This document shows positions 13,501-24,109 of a stretch of DNA of 64,000 nucleotides, one piece after another; position 1 is the first letter of the stretch; each line of letters opens with the position of its first letter. The DNA lies in NCBI RefSeq assembly GCF_021869535.1, contig NW_026262712.1, positions 48,856,001-48,920,000 on the forward strand. Direction: 5' to 3'. Origin of the DNA: Mytilus californianus (lineage: Eukaryota). The position numbers and the translations under genes were made by a program. The notes under the pieces are model-generated. The model made no database searches. It was not told where the DNA came from and saw nothing but the letters and a program-made list of their open reading frames with translations.

Positions 13501-16500
13501 ATGTTTATAGGATATACACTTATTAAAGATCATTCTTTAAACCAGTTCAACATAATTGAATATTATAGAACAAATATATAATGATCCTTCCTAAACTTTG
13601 TTTTTTATTTTAAATTTCAACCAAACTTTGACTAAACGTGAAATAAACTTTACGAAAATTATTATAATATTCTTAACGTTTATCGATATGAAATTAAGAA
13701 GATTTGATATAACTGCCAATGAGACAACTATCCACCAGAGACCATAAGACGTCGATATAAGCAACCATAAGTCACAGTACGGCATTCATCAATGTGCAAT
13801 ATCCATACCGTGTAGTAGAGCTTTCTTACATTTTGACGAAAGGTACGAACGAAGGTAAAGGGAGCATGCATTTAATTTACATTCCCACGATAACACTTGG
13901 AAGTTGGATTCTACATTTTATCCGATAAAACGGTCTTCTATTCTTAATAACATGTATCTTTTTAAATTTCAGCATATCGCAGATAAACACGAATTTAATA
14001 TCTGTATTAAAATAAAGAAAAATCGTTTAAAATAGACTTACGTCCGATACGTTGATTATGTTATCCACAATTACACATATTTGCACGGGAATTGTTCAAG
14101 CATGCTTTTTTTAAATGTTAAAACAGAGACTTAAAATAAGACTCTTGTTTAAACCATTAACATCTTAATGAAATTCTTGCAGTATGATACTCTAAATTTA
14201 ATGACAGAATTCGTAATTATTTTTATTTTTTAACGAGTATGTCATCATCAAATTGTCAACGGGGATCATCAAGATTTGCCAGACAAAGAAACTACAATGT
14301 ATTGAAAAATGTACTTTAAAAAACCTGGTAGAAGGAAACATAAAAAAGGATGAAGTTTTTCCAATAATAAAAAGGTTAAATGATAAACAAAAAATATTGC
14401 GACACTTGCGATTATAATAAGCAAATGTTTAACGGAATAAAACCTATACCCCCCCCCCCCCCCCCACCCCCCCCCCCTCTGAAAATTAAATGATCGTTTG
14501 TATTCCCCAAATGATTTTTAGTCTGTTTAAAACTAGTTATATTTTCAGTTAATGCACGACTTATTCTATCTCATTCTTTTAAACGCCGTTAATTAGTTTA
14601 AAATCATTTATTACTTGTGGACCAAGCAGTGATGCACTTAACATTTACAGAAGATGTTAACACGAGCGAACATGTGAAATCCCATGCCAATTCCAGGGGA
14701 ATAATTAACACACACATACACCCTCACAAACAGCTTTGATTTAGACAATCATAGGATAAATATTTACGAGATGACAGCAAAACAGTCCAAACTGTATAAC
14801 AAACGTTTGGAGGTCCAAAAACCAAAAAGACAAACAATCAACAAATTGTACTGAAAAACCCGGAAAACTTAGGTGTCGCAGAAGTTTAAAACGTATCTGT
14901 CTCTGGCATAGTTGTGCATATAATAGACCAAGGCTAGGAGTATGTCTGCCGAGTGGATACAGATCGGGTGCTCCCACTCCTAAATCCGCCATCGAGCTCT
15001 AGTTACAGATCAAATAACTATGGATCTTGTTTTGTTCATTTACATACACAATTGAACAACTGGATGAGTAAAAGACCCCCAGTATATATTTTGAGTGTCA
15101 TTTTTTTCGATTTTACTATTTTGGGGGTTTCAAAATTTACAATTTAGAAAGATTATTTTTTTATTTTTATTTTTTTTTGGGGGGTGTAGTTGAGCACACC
15201 TTTTTTTACGGGATATTTTTCTTCTTCTGACGAGTCTGTGTTTAGCAAATTTTGTTAAGTTATCTCCTTCACCCTGTTTTTTTTATATATATTTTTACAT
15301 CGTACGTTCCTATGTTGCACGACTATCTTTTTGACACTTGTCGTAGCATGCAGTGTTTTAATCCTTGATTGGCAAATATTGAGGAGAAACGCAAATATTG
15401 AGGAGAAACGCAAACTTAGTCCCATGATCGCCTTGATTCAGATTACATAAATATGTTTAATTTTAAGAATAATTCAAAATAAAGGATCCCTCCACCATGT
15501 CTTACGTATGATTCGTCAAGCGTACGTATTTTTCGTCAAATTGTAAGAAAGCTCTAGTAAGTATTTAAGGACCCTCTAGTCCATTTTTATTCGGATTTTA
15601 CCTTTTCATCTTAATTTTTTTTTTTTAAATAATTGACTATATCTAGAAAACTCTTGTATAGTTTTAAATTCTTCGAGTCTATCCTCTCGTTTACACCATA
15701 TACTTATTATTGATGCAATATAATTCCACAACTATATTTGATTAGAATTCTTAGATGCAGCAGAATATCCTGAATTTTGTGTTGCTGCCAGAATAAGACA
15801 AAATGGTGATGTTAAAAGATCAATCCGTAGATGTAGAAAACGTCTACCCGGGCTTTGTATTGAAGTTGGAAAGACGGTTTCTGATATACCTTCAAAAATG
15901 TCTTCTACACTGTCACCAGTTAATACATTTTCTCGAAGATTGGATAAAACTTCTTCATTTCTACGAAGTAATACACTTCAAGGTATAACTATATCTACGT
16001 ACTCCGCTTCACAAAAAAGTACATTTTTATCTCAACTTGGATCAACATCTCCAGCTCTGAAGGAAACTACCGGTAGATCCAAAATGGTACCAAAAACAAC
16101 TTCTCCTTCTCGGGATATTCAGGAAAATACATTTCCAGTTCTTGTAGAATCTCCTTCTTCAGATGTACCGGGTAAAGATGAAATAGATGTTGTTTCAGGT
16201 AACGACCAACTAGCTATATATACGCTATATTTCTTTTAAGTGTTTCACTTTATATAATTCTTATAAGATTTGCATATTAGAGAATACGTTGATATGATTG
16301 GTTGAGAGGACTTCCGGTAGTTGTTCTTGTAAACAAGATGGCGGCGATAATAAAACAATCCGGATTGACGTTAACAAAATTTATTCAAAGTTCAATCTGC
16401 GTTAATAGTTAAATTAAATAGTAAACACAAACCATTCGTTTCAATGATAATAAGATTTTTTGTAGTTTATTTTTATCAGATTGCAAATTTCATGGAGTAC

Positions 16501-19500
16501 ATATTTTTGCGTTAACCAACAAATATATTCATGCGCCAGGCCTATTCAATGACACAAATATACAATTAACGTGTGATAGAGGTTACGAGTGTGAAAAAAA
16601 AAATTCTTTATCTCCAATTTTAAAGAATTATAAGGATTGAACGCCTTTTAAAAGGAATTTATTGGTGTATAAACTGTACCAAGTCACTCACAAACATATC
16701 ATAAAAGTCCTTCGGACTTTTATTTGTTTGTGAGTGAATTGGTCGAGTTTATACACCAATAAATTCCTTTAAAAAGGCGTTTAATCCTATAATAGCCCTT
16801 ACCTTCTAGATTTTTTAATCATAACTACAAGCAAAGACATGAATTATCAGTTTGTTTCGATAAAAACATATATAATACTATGAGTGAATAATTTTGTAAG
16901 CAATAACAATAATTAATGATTGACTTGTGTGATGTATTATAGTCAAACGGTTTAGATTGGTAGAATTGAGTTTTATAGAAAATTATGGCTTGAAATCTAG
17001 TAAAAATATGTCCTGCCTTTGTAATATTTAAAGAACTTGTAAATAAAAACCGTTTAAATGAATTATTTTAAAAATGATCAAAGAGTTATTTGAAATAAAG
17101 TACTTTTTTTAACAGAAATAGTCATCATAGCAATAGTAGCTGCAACAATCCTCATAGTCATCGTTATATCAGTAACGGTTGTCTTCTGTAAAAGGTAAGT
17201 CATCGTTATATGAGAAACGAATGTATTTTGTAAAAGATAAGTCATCGTTATATCAGTAACGATTGTCTTGTGTAAAAGGTAAGTCATCGTTATATTAGTA
17301 ACGATTGTCTTCTGTAAAAGATAAGTCATCGTTATATTAGAAACGGTTGTCTTCTTTAAAAGGTAAATCATCGTAATATTAGTAACGATTGTCTTTTGTA
17401 AAAGATAAGTCTTCGTTATATTAGAAACGATTGTCTTCTGTAAAAGGTAAGTCGTCTTTATATTAGACCTTTTCAATAACTCTCGACACCGACTAATGAC
17501 ATCTACAGTTTACAGGTAAAATGAAGGGGTCGTCTCAAAACTAAAAATCATTCATGAATAGTATTACTTTTACACCTTCGATTTATCGTTTTACACTATT
17601 TGGACGAAAGAACATATTTCTAACAAATAAGAACTATTATATCTCTCTCTTTTGTTTAGCATTCTTATTACATGTAGTTATACGACATTTTACGTTGAAT
17701 TTATTAAACCTTCAAGTAAATAATTACTGCAATCAATTCACATAATCTGCCTTTTTTTCTTCTTAAATTTCATGATTATGTGAGTATTTTGATAAGCGAG
17801 TCTGTCAACGCAGATATTTCCACATGCCAATTGCGATTAATTCGCTTTTGTAATGCTATTTATGAAATTTGCTGAAGGAACATTGTAACAGGACTACCGT
17901 CCGTCCGCTCGAGTTGTGTTTCTCAACCGATCTTCACGTCACTTGTTGTACACATTCAATTTTGGGAGGGGTAAAAGCCTATTTGTTTAAAGGTCAAAGG
18001 AAAAGGCCACATCGATAATTTAGTTACGCGAGACTACTCCGCTTTAAGATACCATGTTAAAATTGAGATGTTTCCTTAATGAACTGGAAACATTAACGGC
18101 ACCTTTTTTTTCTGCGCCACATGCGCATTTTTACAATTAATATCTCTTCAGTGATGCGTATGGTATTTATATCCCAACAGAGCTTGTTGTCATTGCAGTG
18201 TCTTTTTGACAGCGCCGAACTGATTGACCGTTATAGGTTGTCCGTGTCCCGAAAGACGTGAACATACCTTTTCCCCTGTCGTAGATTCCTTTCATTTCCT
18301 TTCCCTGTTCCTGAAAAATGACCTTCGTGTGTCTTGCAAGAAGCGAAGAACTGCTTACCCTTCCCCTTTTCAGGACATAGCTTTGGTTTTCTACTCTTTA
18401 CTGTTTTTTTTCATGCATAAAGGTTTTTTAAATTTCATCACTGACCATACATAGGGGAGATTTAAGATCCCAATTATACTAGTGAAACCCGGCCGCATGT
18501 TTTATGCGCCTGAAACAATTCCTAAACAAGTTGGTCATTGCAATTGGTAAGTTTTTGTCACAATAGAATATTTAGTTTACAATTTGATATTTTGACATTA
18601 TGCTTCGCTCTCATATTTGTTTCCTTTTTATTCGATCAAAGATAGTAACTTTGTTTCCTTTTTTTTGGAAATGGGTTGAGATTCGGGTCTTTAACCAAAA
18701 TGCAGACTATGCGGTAACTGAATGTCTGTTTTATATGTTGCATTGTGTGGTTTTTTTCCTACTGCAGAAGTCATAAAAATGACAAGAGAACGAGAAAAAA
18801 AAGCTTACGATTTGAATCTAAATCTGAATCAGAAGAGACACCAAGGGCCTTTAAAAATCTTGGTATCTATTTTGTTATGAGTACCACTGAGACATTGGAA
18901 GCCAAAATTAACAGACATTGTAGAAACATGTACCGCCCTAGTCAACAGATATAAAACATTGATTAATTAAACATCTACTACAAAAATACAGGTATTTTTT
19001 TTTTTTTTTTTTTCATTTTTCAACTCGACGTCTAAAAGAAATGAAACATTGAAGTCCTTCCTTTTCTTCATAGTCAATTCACAAATAAATTTCGTTTTGA
19101 TAAACAAATACCTAATAAACAAAATAAGGTACGGCACACAACAATTGCTTATCTACACGTCATGTTGGATAGTGGTCTCATTGGCAATCAAAATAATCAT
19201 ATGCGATCAATTATAATTTTTTTCAATTTTATTTATGAGACGACCCCTCATATCTCACCTGTCGTAGTCGTTCTCAACTGTAGGTGTAGACAATTGTTGA
19301 AAAGGTCTATTAGTAACGATTGTCTTTTGTAAAAGATAAGTCTTCGTTATATTAGAAACGATTGTCTTCTGTAAAATGTATAGTAATTTTACTGTATCAT
19401 GTTTATATATATACAAAATGTATGTACTAGACGTGATAGGAATGTCAATACGATTTTGACGCTGATGTTAACTACCAATACCACTACACGCTATAGTGGG

Positions 19501-22500
19501 GACCATCTAAAAAAGTACAGATATTCATTCTTTATAGTTATCTGTATGGGTTTGTTTGGTAATGTTGAGATGATTTTTCAACAATAAAATATTAACAATT
19601 TATTCCGCAATATACGGAAGAGGATCCAGCAAAACAACACGATCATTATTCTTGCATTGTGTCATAGTAGGGATCGATTAAGTTTAAGATCGTTGTTCCC
19701 CCATTTCTTAATATTTTGTAGAACGAGTACAAGGAAAGTCTACAAAGTGATCAAAATAAATTAATAGAAAAAAAACCACAGGAATCAAATCACATTCGAA
19801 TCCGATTTTTTACTCTACATCAATCTTTTTTCAAAACGTTCGTTTATTTGAAATTTATTTTTAAAATAATTGTCATGTCGGGGCCTTTCTTATCTTTTAT
19901 ATGCGGGAATGGTTTTGTTCAGTGTTTGGGGTCTGTCATACGGTGATCTATAGTTGCAAACATTTACCAATGTTTACGTCATTTGGTCTCTGGTAGATAG
20001 TTGTCTATTTTGGCAATCATACCGCATCTCCTTATTTTATATCATTTTCTGGAATAGAGAAATGTGTTACACAGTAGCGTAAAATTCTAAAAATAACCCA
20101 AACTAGAAATTTGTGTACTTGACAATTAAAAAAAAAGACTGAAACAAACGCGTTTTCAATTTGATTATCTTTATATTTTTATTTTATCTAGAAAGGTCAC
20201 TGACAATTTTATGTAATGTTAAATGAATTAATTCTTATTCACATAAAAAAATTTTTGCCCTGACATTTTCCTTCTATCAACTTATATCAGTTAGTTTTTC
20301 GGAAAAGAGAGGTTATCGAATTAAGTATTAAGATATTACAACGTTTGGACATTATCAAGCATGTTAAATCTACGTTTCGGTGAAGGGTCGGAATTGTTTT
20401 TTTTTTCTTTTTACCACGGCTTCCTCCACCAACAAAACAGAACACCACGATTAAATTGAGATATTGTTGAAAGTGGCGATAAACTTTCATATGGAGAAGT
20501 TAATACATGTATTAGTATCTTTGGGTCAGGAGGTTATTTTGAAAATGGAATATTCATTTTCACCTCTTTCAAAACAAAGTCTGCTAAATTATATGTGGGG
20601 CATTTTTTTTTTCGATTTGCTTCATTTTGTTTTGCCTTAGATTCACTATAAACTCTGCTCTCTGAATTTGACGGTATATAGACGTGATAGGTGAATTGGT
20701 CCATCCGTCCGTTCGTTCGTCCCTCTGTCCATTCATTGCATTCATACCCAGAAAGTAGTAGACAATACGAATCAAATATAGCTCATAGAAAGTGGTTTTC
20801 TTGAACATTAAAACGATGCGCAGCAAGACAACCTTCTTCTGTAGCCCCCTGCTTCTTAAAGTTTTATATAGAAATAGCACTGTATCCGCTTGTGTCCACT
20901 TTTTATTTACTTTTTTTATATAAAGGTATAACGATGTGTTCAGATTAGTACTGATTTGTTTAAGCCACACATGTATACGCGTCCCTGTATCTCTGGACAC
21001 AAAATGCATGCTAATAGATATAGGAAGATGTGGTATGAGTGCCAATGAGACAACTTTCCATACAAGTAACAATTTATAAAAGTAAACCATTATAGGTCAA
21101 GGTACGGCCTTCAACACGGAGCATTGGTTATATTTTGCAACGGAAATTGGACATATCTATTGTGGAGAGACAAACTGAGTTTATTAACTATTAAACATAT
21201 TCTAATCATATCGCCTACTATGTATATTTGGACTTTAGGCCGTAAAAACCGTCATTCCCATTCTTGACTCTTACATATATTTTTGTTATGTTTTGTTTTG
21301 CACTCTTAAATCAAATAAATACAAATTAATGTATGAAATTCAATGTATGAAGATCTACGTAAGGTCAATGCACGTCTTAAAATTTGGAGTCGACGTTAAT
21401 TGTATATTCAACGATTGTCTTTAGTCTCGATTCATTGAAATTCAACAACTGTTAACTTTGCAACTTACATATGTGGCACATGTTCGATACCGTTAGCTTG
21501 CGCATATTTTGAAAGCTATACTCTCAAAGAGAGTGAAACAAATGCATGCTAATAAAATCTAAAGTTATCGTATCTAGAACATTATCTTAGAAATACGGAA
21601 AGAATCACGGTAACAAAAAACTGTACACACAGATAAACATCTACAAACCACAAAATTAATTTTGTCATCTACCTCATAAAAACAAAGCCTATTTGCATGA
21701 ACTTTTGTTACCATTTCTGCTTCCTTTTCACATGAGAAGGTATTTTAATTTTGATGATTTCTAAAGTATCATATGTCTCTGATGTTCGTTGCATATACAG
21801 TTCAGTCAAGGGATTTTTATAATTTTCAATTTCTTTTCCATGATTGAATTAGCAAATGAAATGCGGAAGCATAGCCATCTTCTTCCTACAAATAAAACAC
21901 GACATGTTGCGGTGGTCAAATCCCTTTATTATATAATAATCTCCTTTATGTTGCTATTAAACAAAAAAGGAAGCACATTTTAGGTTTAAAATCTGGAACA
22001 AAAGTCAAAGAATGACAGACAATTCGAAGACAAAACTCAAAACGACAAACCTGTAATAATCAACACAACACAACACACAGTACAACACACAAAACAACAC
22101 GGAGATTTAATATTGAATGAACTCGTGTGCTCCGATACCGATGGGGCCTCGTTGGCCGATTGGTGGAAGTAGTTCATCTATAGAATCACTAGCACTGACG
22201 TTGTAAGTTTGAACCCATCACATGGCAGGTGAGTTCAACTCCAATCTTGATTGCCTATGTTTGCCAGGTTTCCTGCCGAAAGTCCAAGGTTCTTTCTGGG
22301 CACCTCGGTTTCTTCCACAAATGAAAACTGTCCGATCCGATATAATCAAAATTACCGAGAGTTGCGTTATACACCAACAATCAATCAATCTGGTAAGGTC
22401 GGCATTATCTTTTCTACAAAGTATGCATTTTCATTTTTGATGCATATGTTTTATAGTTTGATGCTAGCTTTTCCGATTGATGTATCAAAATGGTTAATTG

Positions 22501-23198
22501 TTTTAAATATGCTGCAAAAATAAAAACCAAGCAAATATGAAAAAAATAAGAAACTGCATCCCTCAGAATTTTATTCTTCAATTACGTGGTTTACAACTTT
22601 CCCGTACGGGTAATTTGTTTTCAAAATTCAGTGAACTATCTTATGTTATAGGCGTTAAATATGATTTATTTTTCCTTAAATTTCAAATGGAATATGTGGT
22701 GGACATGTCAGTTCCTTATTTCAATGTTTGCAATTTTTCAGTATTTTTTCTTAATATGAAGCGACAGAAAAATATAAACAAATTTACCGGTATAACCCCT
22801 TCTGTACCATTCATCATTTGCCCCTTTATATCATTCTTCATAAATTGTGCATACGACTATCGTCTAATAAAATCTTCAAATTTTTCATTTTATTTTACAG
22901 AAAGAGAAATACACAAGGTACGCCACTAAACCAACCAATGGTTATTCTCGGAAGAGAAGCTGTCTATGGAGAAGCCAACACGCCGCCCGCTCAACATGCA
23001 GGAAGCACAAGTCAGAGATTTCACCCAACTGCATCTGACGATACATACGACCACATTGATCATTGTCGACCTAATCAGACCCACAATCCGACAGAAAGCA
23101 ACTACGACACCATGCGTAGTACTGGGACCCGAAGTGAAAAGAGAAATGAGTTAAACTATGATCATGTGACTGGAACAAAGAAGGGATGTAATATTTGA
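4526..23198 (+). CDS. Gene 1: spliced 9-exon type I membrane receptor (SP - split CTLD/WSC - CTLD - Ser/Thr stalk - TM - Tyr-rich tail), about 537 aa
   Basis: Exons 4526-4592, 4836-5003, 7241-7359, 8978-9128, 10540-10656, 11954-12124, 15755-16198, 17116-17194, 22901-23198. All introns are GT-AG with compatible phases (1,1,0,1,1,1,1,2). The sum is 1614 nt = 538 codons, with no internal stop in my hand translation. The structure is mirrored exon for exon by gene 2. Confidence 0.88.
4836..5003 (+). CDS. Gene 1 exon 2, N-half of CTLD1 and entry to the WSC domain
   Basis: GEPTRAFLTNSTFSWSDAIGKC...GLGWTNISAEYLPWVEYL; TTTAG acceptor, G|GTAAG donor; 168 nt, same length as gene 2 exon 2. Confidence 0.9.
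7241..7359 (+). CDS. Gene 1 exon 3, WSC domain first part
   Basis: GCFKMWEG...LKECILRCEEYQFLGLQ; YLGCF and C-x3-C...FLGLQ match the WSC pattern; TACAG acceptor, CAG|GTAATA donor. Confidence 0.9.
8978..9128 (+). CDS. Gene 1 exon 4, WSC domain second part
   Basis: KSLCICLRNF...HCDRNVTTCSGDRFAFCGKEDGNGYLSVYKK; C-x-C, three more Cys and a CG...SVY ending typical of WSC. Confidence 0.9.
10540..10656 (+). CDS. Gene 1 exon 5, C-half of CTLD1
   Basis: VNVDDTYGNIGNCLFVNTSNSNDFKAKECSTKFHHICLN; C...C-x7-C ending of a CTLD; donor T|GTAAGT. Confidence 0.85.
11954..12124 (+). CDS. Gene 1 exon 6, N-half of CTLD2
   Basis: NETGFNLQSTTKSNWKDAFGYCKNL...ESFWLSNTRRWTRKR; TTTCAG acceptor, G|GTGAGT donor. Confidence 0.88.
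12790..13130 (-). mobile_element. Probable Penelope-like retroelement fragment
   Basis: AATCCGGTAAAT...GGGTAAGCATCTCCTGC is the reverse complement of the tail seen at 57030-57110. Confidence 0.45.
13700..13815 (-). mobile_element. Family A tail
   Basis: TGCCAATGAGACAACTATCCACCAGAGACC...GTACGGC. Confidence 0.65.
14450..14478. repeat. Poly-C tract (G-run on the minus strand), probably within a MITE end
   Basis: About 28 C with one A interruption, followed by TCTGAAAATTAAATGATCGTT, resembling the 55311 MITE end. Confidence 0.8.
15755..16198 (+). CDS. Gene 1 exon 7, C-half of CTLD2 plus Ser/Thr-rich stalk
   Basis: DAAEYPEFCVAARI...RSIRRCRKRLPGLC then MSSTLSPVNTF...DVVS (covers ORF 15898-16239); an alternative phase-1 donor follows 16171. 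Confidence 0.85.
16240..16793. mobile_element. Hairpin-ended repeat element in gene 1 intron 7
   Basis: Imperfect palindrome 16627-16793 with apex GTCC-TTC-GGAC; the opposite end has a CCAATCA..AACGTATT motif like the element at 51700-52070. Confidence 0.5.
17116..17194 (+). CDS. Gene 1 exon 8, transmembrane helix
   Basis: EIVIIAIVAATILIVIVISVTVVFCKR; AACAG acceptor after a T-tract, AG|GTAAGT phase-2 donor. Confidence 0.88.
17157..17465 (+). repeat. 42-bp minisatellite derived from the TM exon 3' end plus its donor (units 1-7 and part of 8)
   Basis: Units start at 17157, 17199, 17241, 17283, 17325, 17367, 17409, 17451; consensus GTCATCGTTATATTAGTAACGATTGTCTTCTGTAAAAG(G/A)TAA. Confidence 0.95.
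17466..19307. mobile_element. About 1.84-kb non-autonomous TIR element inserted into minisatellite unit 8
   Basis: Ends GACCTTTTCAA...TTGAAAAGGTC, a second inverted motif AGGGGTCGTCTCA, flanking TATTA duplication; the array resumes exactly after it. Confidence 0.85.
18115..18440. mobile_element. Degenerate hammerhead motif (minus strand) next to a Penelope-like tail, inside the TIR element
   Basis: Minus strand GCATCA-CTGAAGA-GATA.TTAAT.TGTA-AAAA-TGCGCATG-TGGCGC; plus strand AACTGCTTACCCTTCC...GGTTTTCTA resembles 57085-57170. Confidence 0.45.
19308..19381 (+). repeat. Continuation of the 42-bp minisatellite (rest of unit 8, unit 9)
   Basis: TATTAGTAACGATTGTCTTTTGTAAAAGATAA GTCTTCGTTATATTAGAAACGATTGTCTTCTGTAAAA. 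Confidence 0.92.
19870..20042 (+). mobile_element. Family A tail
   Basis: TGTCGGGCCTTT...TCTATAGTTG...CATTTGGTCTCTGGTAGATAGTTGTC...GGCAATCATACCGCATCTCC. Confidence 0.6.
20410..20490 (+). mobile_element. 3' fragment of a tRNA-derived SINE
   Basis: GGCTTCCTCCACCAACAAAAC...CCACGA...ATATTGTTGAAAGTGGCG, homologous to 22300-22380. Confidence 0.6.
21015..21125 (-). mobile_element. Family A tail
   Basis: AGATATAGGAAGATGTGGTATGAGTGCCAATGAGACAAC...GGTCAAGGTACGGCCTTCAACACGGAGC. Confidence 0.8.
22143..22390 (+). mobile_element. Near full-length tRNA-derived SINE
   Basis: GGGGCCTCGTTGGCCGATTGG (A box), GTAAGTTTGAACCC (B box), core GGTTCTTTCTGGGCACCTCGGTTTCTTCCAC, (CAAT)n tail. Confidence 0.75.
22901..23198 (+). 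CDS. Gene 1 exon 9, cytoplasmic tail with repeated Tyr motifs
   Basis: RKRNTQG...AVYGEA...DTYDHI...SNYDTM...LNYDHVTGTKKGCNI*; TTTTACAG phase-2 acceptor; AATAAA at 23254. Confidence 0.87.
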
Positions 23199-24109
23199 TA
23201 GTGCTACAGATTACAGCCAGGTTGACACCACGAAGTTAAAGACATATTATTGGAATAAATGATATATTTTTGTTTTATTTTTACAAGTTTCTACTCATTT
23301 AATTCAACGGGGAAATGGGTAAACGTCAATCAGAAAGCCACACAGTAATACCACAGAATCAAAATGTATATATTGATTGATGGTTGTTGGCTTGATGTCC
23401 ACTTACTACGTCATGCATATTCTGGAAGGGAACAATTAATAACAATCCAGTTTGTAGGGTTCTTCACGGTGGTTTGAACGATATAAGAGGCGAAAAAGAG
23501 GCTATGTTGTTTTGAAGCAAACACATTTTCTTGAAACAGATCCACCGTAGAATTGTATCAAGTTAAAACGTGTGGAAACCCTGGTACTCTAAAAAAAAAA
23601 GCATCATAGATGAACGAACGAAGGTTAGTACTACATACAACCTTCAAAGACAAACACAGTTTTTTAACGTCTACACATTCCAGAGACCTGTATATTGCAA
23701 CGTGATTTCATATAAGATGAAAGGACTTCACTATAACTGACAAGAAGGTAGATTACTAGGGGCGTAACAATCCCACTCAAAACATTAATGACCACAAAGC
23801 CCCTTAGCCCCTTGAATTCGAAAATCATCTGCGAGAAATTTATTAAAAAATCTATCAAATAACACCATCCAGATATTCATAAGTCTGTCCGAAATAAATA
23901 TATTTATTTTTTATTAGTGTCTAACGAAAGTGTTTCAGAACTTCAAACTTTTGAATAATTTGAACAATATGCCAAATAGTCTCATTAAAGATATAGAAAA
24001 ACTATATGCCTAAATTTTTCTGATAAAGGCGTCAATTTGAACATCATTAATACCTCATAGCGACATGGGGTTCATAATTGTTTAGAAAAACGTAGCAATA
24101 GTGTACACG

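Noticed and set aside
17157-17465. CRISPR-like appearance of regular repeats
   Set aside because: Units are head-to-tail with no unique spacers, the context is eukaryotic and there are no cas genes.
17078-17476. 132-aa minus-strand ORF with 14-aa repeats (TYLLQKTIVTNITM)
   Set aside because: It is the antisense reading of the TM exon and the 42-bp minisatellite; the unit simply lacks a stop on that strand.
23660-23890. Protein-like plus-strand stretch downstream of gene 1 (EFENHLREIY.KIYQITP)
   Set aside because: Short, stop-interrupted and unidentifiable; possibly a TE relic.
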